DNA of 64,000 bases from Leptospiraceae bacterium (GTDB lineage: Bacteria > Spirochaetota > Leptospiria > Leptospirales > Leptonemataceae). A model generated the notes under the pieces. It did no database searches. It was not told where the DNA came from and saw nothing but the letters and a program-made list of their open reading frames with translations. Within the stretch, counting starts at the first letter, position 1; each line of letters opens with the position of its first letter. Shown in pieces: positions 58,916 to 64,000 of this stretch. The stretch covers positions 160,001 through 224,000 of the forward strand of contig JAVJNR010000006.1 of NCBI GenBank assembly GCA_040217195.1. The letters run 5' to 3'. The translations under genes were made by a program, and so were the position numbers.

Positions 58916-60051
58916 TGTTCCTGCAGGTGGTTCATAAATGCGTGTGGATTGTAGGCCACCGTTCCGATGTGAAGCTCGTAGTAAAGCATGTTCGTAGGTG
59001 CCTGTCCTGTATGACCGGATACGCCAATGGGCTGACCTTTGTCCACCTGATCGCCCACTCCCACATCTACTCTATCCAGGTGTGCATAAAAGGTTTTCAT
59101 TCCAAACCGATGTTCCACCCAGATATGAAGTCCAAAAATGTCATCGTAATCGATGCTAATAACTTCGCCCGGAGCCGTGCTTACAACTTCCGTTCCTGGA
59201 ACTGTGCCTATTTCAATGCCCTGGCGAAACACTTCTTTTCCGCGCAGAGTATCTGTTTGCCAGCCATAAGGACTGAGGATATAGCCCTGGGCTGGCCAGA
59301 TACTGGGTGTATTGGTAAGCAGGTTCTGCATTTCCCGAGACTTTAGCTCGGTCAGAATTCGATCGGAAAGCTCCACCGCTCGTTTCAGATTTTCATTATC
59401 CTGACGTGAGAGGAATAGGACCTTTTGCAATAACTCTTCTGTGCGAGATTGATCGCAATCGGAGCCAAGAGCTTTACATTCTTCAACTGCTGTGCGAAGT
59501 TTGGTTAGCTCTTCTTCCATTATCGCCTGGCCGGCTCCGCCCTGGGCATAGGGTTCGGTTCTTTTCCCGCCAAGTTTTAGATATAGTTCTGCGATGGTAT
59601 TTGAGTAGCGAGTAATGGTTCCATGCAATGGCAGAATTTCTTCAGCCATGCGAACGCTTTGAAGGTTAAACTGAGAGTTGGACAGGCCCATATCATAGAA
59701 CTGGATGTCCTCTCCGGATTTTCCAACCAGGCTGAATACTGAAATGGTCATTACCACAAGCAAAGTGATAAGCCCTGCACTCAAAGAATACAACGTAATA
59801 TGTGCATTGAAGATCTTCCGCTCATTGTGCGGAATAACCATGATGGTTAGTTTCTCTCTACCCTTTAGATGAACCCATTCCAGGAACTCTCGGGCATCGT
59901 GCTTCCACTTATCCCAGCGGGTAGGCGGTTTGGGGGATTGACCGGGATCACGGAGATAATCCTGCAACTGGGAATAGGACATTGGATCGGAGTTCTTCTT
60001 CCGGCCTTTTCCTGTGGCTTTTCGCTGTTTATTTGTCTTTTTTTCAGCCAT
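58891..60051 (-). CDS. M23/LytM-domain membrane protein, probably catalytically degenerate
   Basis: LTIMVIPH, TM, coiled coil, TPSIWP, YAHL; Zn ligands replaced. Confidence 0.88.
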   Translation of the reverse strand: MAEKKTNKQRKATGKGRKKNSDPMSYSQLQDYLRDPGQSPKPPTRWDKWKHDAREFLEWVHLKGREKLTIMVIPHNERKIFNAHITLYSLSAGLITLLVVMTISVFSLVGKSGEDIQFYDMGLSNSQFNLQSVRMAEEILPLHGTITRYSNTIAELYLKLGGKRTEPYAQGGAGQAIMEEELTKLRTAVEECKALGSDCDQSRTEELLQKVLFLSRQDNENLKRAVELSDRILTELKSREMQNLLTNTPSIWPAQGYILSPYGWQTDTLRGKEVFRQGIEIGTVPGTEVVSTAPGEVISIDYDDIFGLHIWVEHRFGMKTFYAHLDRVDVGVGDQVDKGQPIGVSGHTGQAPTNMLYYELHIGTVAYNPHAFMNHLQEQWLNPTNR

Positions 60052-60443
60052 GGCTCGTTTGCCTCCGCAGGAAGCTCTCCCAGGCTTTGCCGAACCCTCA
60101 ATCGATGGTTCAGACTAGCAATGCCTGCACTTTCTGGAAGGTACCCTTTCCTGTCATTTTCATTTTCGGCCCATCATAATCCGCAATCCATTGTATCGTT
60201 GGCCCCTTTTTTGCCCTGCTCCGGGAATCGGGACCGGCCCTGAGAGCCCCGGGTAATCCAATAATCTCAACCGGTTCCGTACCCTAGTACTGGATCTGGC
60301 TGGCCAGGAATCCAGCTTTTTTTGAGCGCAATTTTCTTGATTTTACACTCTGGAACTTTGAGCCCGCACAGGCAATGCGCCCAGAATCAGGAGTGTAAAA
60401 AAGGTTTGCCTGTATGCACAATAGAATGGAGAATCCGTGACCT

Positions 60444-62504
60444 ATGGCAGAAAAAGATAGCAACATGAGTCATGATGCGGAAGGCGGCGGACATACCCAT
60501 GCTCCGTGGCAGCGCGAATTCTTCAAGAACATCGAAGGTTTTATCAAGTACGGAGTGCCGGAGGAGCGAGCCAAAGAAATCTTAACTAAATTCCTGCAGC
60601 TTTCTGTAAGCACTCCTTTGCCGGATGTGACCAAGACTTTTCAGAATCCGGAGTTGCTGGATGAGGTTGGTGTTCATACCCGACAGGATCCAGACCTGAG
60701 GGATTTCATGGTGGAATTTCTTACTCCGCTGATGCGCAATTTCTCCTTTGAGGGTCGAGAAAATGTGCAGTACATCATGCCCCTTCTAGGCAAATTTCCA
60801 GTGACATTGATTTCGAATCATATGAGTCACCTGGATGCACCTGCCATCTACAATATGCTTTATAATGAAGGTGGCGATGCCAGAAAGATTGCCGATAAGC
60901 TGGTCTTTATTGCCGGCCGCCTGGCCTTTGAACCGGACTTCGCCCGGCTGGCATTATACATGTTTGATACGCTTCTGGTTTGCTCCAAGCTGGATATGTC
61001 TGACAATCCGGGCCTGGCAGATCTGATGACTCGCATCAATATGCGAGCCTTTCGACAATCTCAGCAGCTCCAAAAAGATGGACGTATCATGTCTATCTTT
61101 CCTGAGGGAACTCGTAGCCGTACCGGTCGGCTGATTTCCTTCGTGGACACTGTGTATCACTATGTTGCAAATAAGATCATAATTCCGGTCACTCTTGACG
61201 GCACCGATAACATTCTTCCCACATCCTCCTTTCTGTTTAATGCGGCCAAAGGTAAGATGGTGCTTGGCAGACCAATACTTGTGGGTAAACTCCCGGCAAA
61301 ACAAATGGCCGAACTTCCGGACTTTGTGGACCGACTGGATGTTCCGGATACGGCAGATAAGAAACAATACATCATTGATAACCTGGCTACCATTGTAGGG
61401 CAGAATCTGCACAAGCACAGGCATGGAACCTATAGAAATCTGTATCTGGCCGATGATCCTAGAAACAATGAGAATCGTCTGATTTCAAAGCCTGCGAAGC
61501 CTTCGGAAAAGGTTGTAGTTATTGGTCACTCTCCCTATGGAACGGCCATCGCTTCCGTGCTTGCAAACAAAAACACGGACATCCTGGTGTATACCGATAA
61601 CGCAGAAAAAGCGGAAGAGTACAATGCGCGAAGAGTGGATGGAGGATATTTTCCTTTGTTCAAGCTTCCTCCTAATATCAGTTTTACTTCCAATCCAGTG
61701 GACGTGGAGCAGGGAACACTGTACGTTCAAGCGGCCCGCCCCTGGGAACTGGAAAAGTACTATAGCAGGTTAAAGCTATATCTTACGAAAGGGGATTCTC
61801 CGGTAGTAAGTGTAGTCAAGGGGTTCACTGGTTCCGAGAAGGGACTGATCCTGGATGACCTCTCCAATGAATACGATATCAATCCAGATCGTCATGTTGT
61901 TATGGCCGGGGCTAACTATCCAGAGCAGATTATGGAGCGCAAGATCTCCGGCTATGAAATGGCGGCCAATCGACCGGAGCTCGTAAACGATCTGGTTCAG
62001 CTATTCAGTAGTGCCTATGTATTTGTTCGGCCTGCAGTTAATCCGTCCGATGTTCGCGGTGTTCAACTTGGTGGTGCATTGAAGAATATCTATGCCCTGG
62101 CCACCGGTTTGCTGGATGGATATTACGAAAGTAGCCTGGGAGGAAACTGTGATAATTCGTTGTTCCACGTTTCCAATCGGTTCTTTCGAGAAATGACTGC
62201 CCTGGGAACAGCCATGGGCGGTCAGGCTGAGACCTTTGGCGGGCTGTCCGGCCTTACGGACCTGATGCTTGCCTGCTTTGGCGCCGATGCCCGGGACCGT
62301 CAGTATGCACATGATTTTGTAAACGGACAGGCGGATCCGAATCATAAATCTAACGGTGTCTTCGGGGTTCGATCGTTACCCAATTTGATTAACCTGAATC
62401 CGGATGATTACCCTGTAGCATTTGCCGTACATGCCGTAATGGTCAAAGGGATGGAAGGGGAAAAGGTGCTGGAAAGTATCATGTACAGCTTGCGAAAATT
62501 CTAA
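60444..62504 (+). CDS. acyltransferase (PlsC-like) fused to glycerol-3-phosphate dehydrogenase-like domain
   Basis: NHMSHLD, FPEGTRS; C-half KG, GGALKN, GLSGLTDL. Confidence 0.88.
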   Translation: MAEKDSNMSHDAEGGGHTHAPWQREFFKNIEGFIKYGVPEERAKEILTKFLQLSVSTPLPDVTKTFQNPELLDEVGVHTRQDPDLRDFMVEFLTPLMRNFSFEGRENVQYIMPLLGKFPVTLISNHMSHLDAPAIYNMLYNEGGDARKIADKLVFIAGRLAFEPDFARLALYMFDTLLVCSKLDMSDNPGLADLMTRINMRAFRQSQQLQKDGRIMSIFPEGTRSRTGRLISFVDTVYHYVANKIIIPVTLDGTDNILPTSSFLFNAAKGKMVLGRPILVGKLPAKQMAELPDFVDRLDVPDTADKKQYIIDNLATIVGQNLHKHRHGTYRNLYLADDPRNNENRLISKPAKPSEKVVVIGHSPYGTAIASVLANKNTDILVYTDNAEKAEEYNARRVDGGYFPLFKLPPNISFTSNPVDVEQGTLYVQAARPWELEKYYSRLKLYLTKGDSPVVSVVKGFTGSEKGLILDDLSNEYDINPDRHVVMAGANYPEQIMERKISGYEMAANRPELVNDLVQLFSSAYVFVRPAVNPSDVRGVQLGGALKNIYALATGLLDGYYESSLGGNCDNSLFHVSNRFFREMTALGTAMGGQAETFGGLSGLTDLMLACFGADARDRQYAHDFVNGQADPNHKSNGVFGVRSLPNLINLNPDDYPVAFAVHAVMVKGMEGEKVLESIMYSLRKF

Positions 62505-62681
62505 ATTACAGGTGTCGAGCCCAGGGCTGCGCAGTATCCCCTTTCTTGTGGTCCTGTTTTTGAATCTATCTGGGGTTACCGGGTTGCGGAATGGTCTGCG
62601 GTAACGCTGGGCGCCATTTGCGGGCTTTCCTGAGATTCTGATTGCACAGGGTGACAGCGAAGATCCGGGCCGTTACAGAAA

Positions 62682-64000
62682 ATGAGCAGCCAATTCTCCA
62701 TATTAGACGATCTGAGTACAGGCGTTCAGATTATAGATCCTGAAATGCGTTACGTTTTTCTCAATCAAGAATTGCTTTCGCAGGTCAAGATGTCTGCTGA
62801 ACAGATGGTTTCTCTGAGAATGGAAGAGGTTTATCCTGGCATTCAGGATAGCGAAATCTACCGGGTTATTCAATCCGTCATTGAATCAGGCGAAGCTAGA
62901 TCTCTAATTAATGAATTTGTCTTTCCGGATGGTCGAATGAACTATTACCGGCTGGAAGTACAGAAGATACCACAGGGCGCCATCGTTTTTTCCTGGGATG
63001 TAACAAGCGAAAAGGAAACGGAGGCGTTGCTAGGGAATGCAGCTTTGCGCTGGAAAGAGGAAGCGTCGAAGCATCAGGAAACCTTACGGAAAATCCTGGA
63101 CGCCTCGCTCGATGGAGTACAGTATTTTCGCTCAATTAGAGATGATTCCGGAAAGATCGTCGATTTCGAATATGTAATTTCAAATCGAGTCGCCTGTGAA
63201 ATTATCGGCAGGGCAGAAAGTGAAGTGCTCGGTAAGCGACTTCTAGAATTGATTCCTGGTCACCTGGATATTGTCAAAGAGTATGGACGATCCTTATTTG
63301 ATTTATACTGCGAAGTGGTGGAGACAGGCGAAAACAAGTCTCTTTTGTTTCATTTTGAAGCGAATGGAATCGATGGATGGTTCTCCAATAAATCGGTTAA
63401 GCTGGGCGATGGATTCGTAGTTAATTTTTCGGTAGTAACCGAACTTGTTAATAAGACCACTGAGCTGGAAAGGCTGAACAACTCGTTGCAGGAGGAAGTC
63501 CGAAAAGAGATTGAAAAGAATCGAAGGAAAGATGAAACTTTGATTCGGCAATCCAAGCTTGCAGCTATGGGAGATATGCTCTCCGCCATAGCTCATCAAT
63601 GGAGACAGCCTCTGCATGCAGTACTACTGGGCATAGAGCTTTCGCGGGAGATTGTAGAGAAAAGCTGGCAGTCAATTCCGGACGGGGATAAGTCTGAGCT
63701 TGAGGAAATCTATGCTATTATCGAAGATCGTATAAAGTATTTATCCGATACGATAGAGGATTTCAGAGATTTCTATGGTCCATCCCAGAAGGTAGAGGAT
63801 TTCTCTCTGGAGGAGGCCCTGGAGGCCTCATTAAGGTTCTTCGAAGGACAGCTCAGAAGCCGTGGCATCATTTGCACTTTGGACGGAGACCTGGAAGGCT
63901 GTACACTGCATGGAAATGCAAATCAATTTCGTCAGGTCTTGCTGAGCCTAATAGGCAATTCAATAGATGCGTTCAGCAAAAAGATAATAACCGATCAGTG
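62682..64000 (+). CDS. PAS-domain sensor histidine kinase (runs off the window)
   Basis: Not in the ORF track. ATG 62682 MSSQFSILDDLSTGVQIID...; in-frame QSKLAAMGDMLSAIAHQWRQPL H-box and NQFRQVLLSLIGNSIDA N-box. Confidence 0.9.
   Translation, partial: MSSQFSILDDLSTGVQIIDPEMRYVFLNQELLSQVKMSAEQMVSLRMEEVYPGIQDSEIYRVIQSVIESGEARSLINEFVFPDGRMNYYRLEVQKIPQGAIVFSWDVTSEKETEALLGNAALRWKEEASKHQETLRKILDASLDGVQYFRSIRDDSGKIVDFEYVISNRVACEIIGRAESEVLGKRLLELIPGHLDIVKEYGRSLFDLYCEVVETGENKSLLFHFEANGIDGWFSNKSVKLGDGFVVNFSVVTELVNKTTELERLNNSLQEEVRKEIEKNRRKDETLIRQSKLAAMGDMLSAIAHQWRQPLHAVLLGIELSREIVEKSWQSIPDGDKSELEEIYAIIEDRIKYLSDTIEDFRDFYGPSQKVEDFSLEEALEASLRFFEGQLRSRGIICTLDGDLEGCTLHGNANQFRQVLLSLIGNSIDAFSKKIITDQ

Overview
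Chromosomal window from a Leptospiraceae-like spirochaete, inferred from tandem FlaB flagellins starting MIINHN, spirochaetal lipoproteins, a PlsC-GpsA fusion and an M23-bactofilin pair. It holds about 55 protein genes for housekeeping, stress, lipid and signalling functions (rpsD, serB, dps, pyk, msrA, DEAD helicase, uup-like ABC-F, two PAS kinases). I recognised no rRNA, tRNA, CRISPR array, integrase or transposase. The most notable signals are: (1) a ~990-codon frame (12132-15101) broken by one in-frame TAG, joining a protein-glutaminase-like Cys-His-Asp domain to a rearranged M20 amidohydrolase; (2) a perfect 42-bp direct repeat carrying the sigma28 flagellin promoter, which brackets a 3-kb MBOAT/SGNH-like cassette and an unannotated OsmC gene remnant; (3) a MshEN-cNMP-patatin protein; (4) structured, CsrA-site-bearing leader and spacer sequences around flaB; (5) a tandem pair of exported paralogues sharing an unrecognised domain; (6) a catalytically degenerate M23 protein coupled to bactofilin. 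All family calls come from motif recognition by eye, not database searches.
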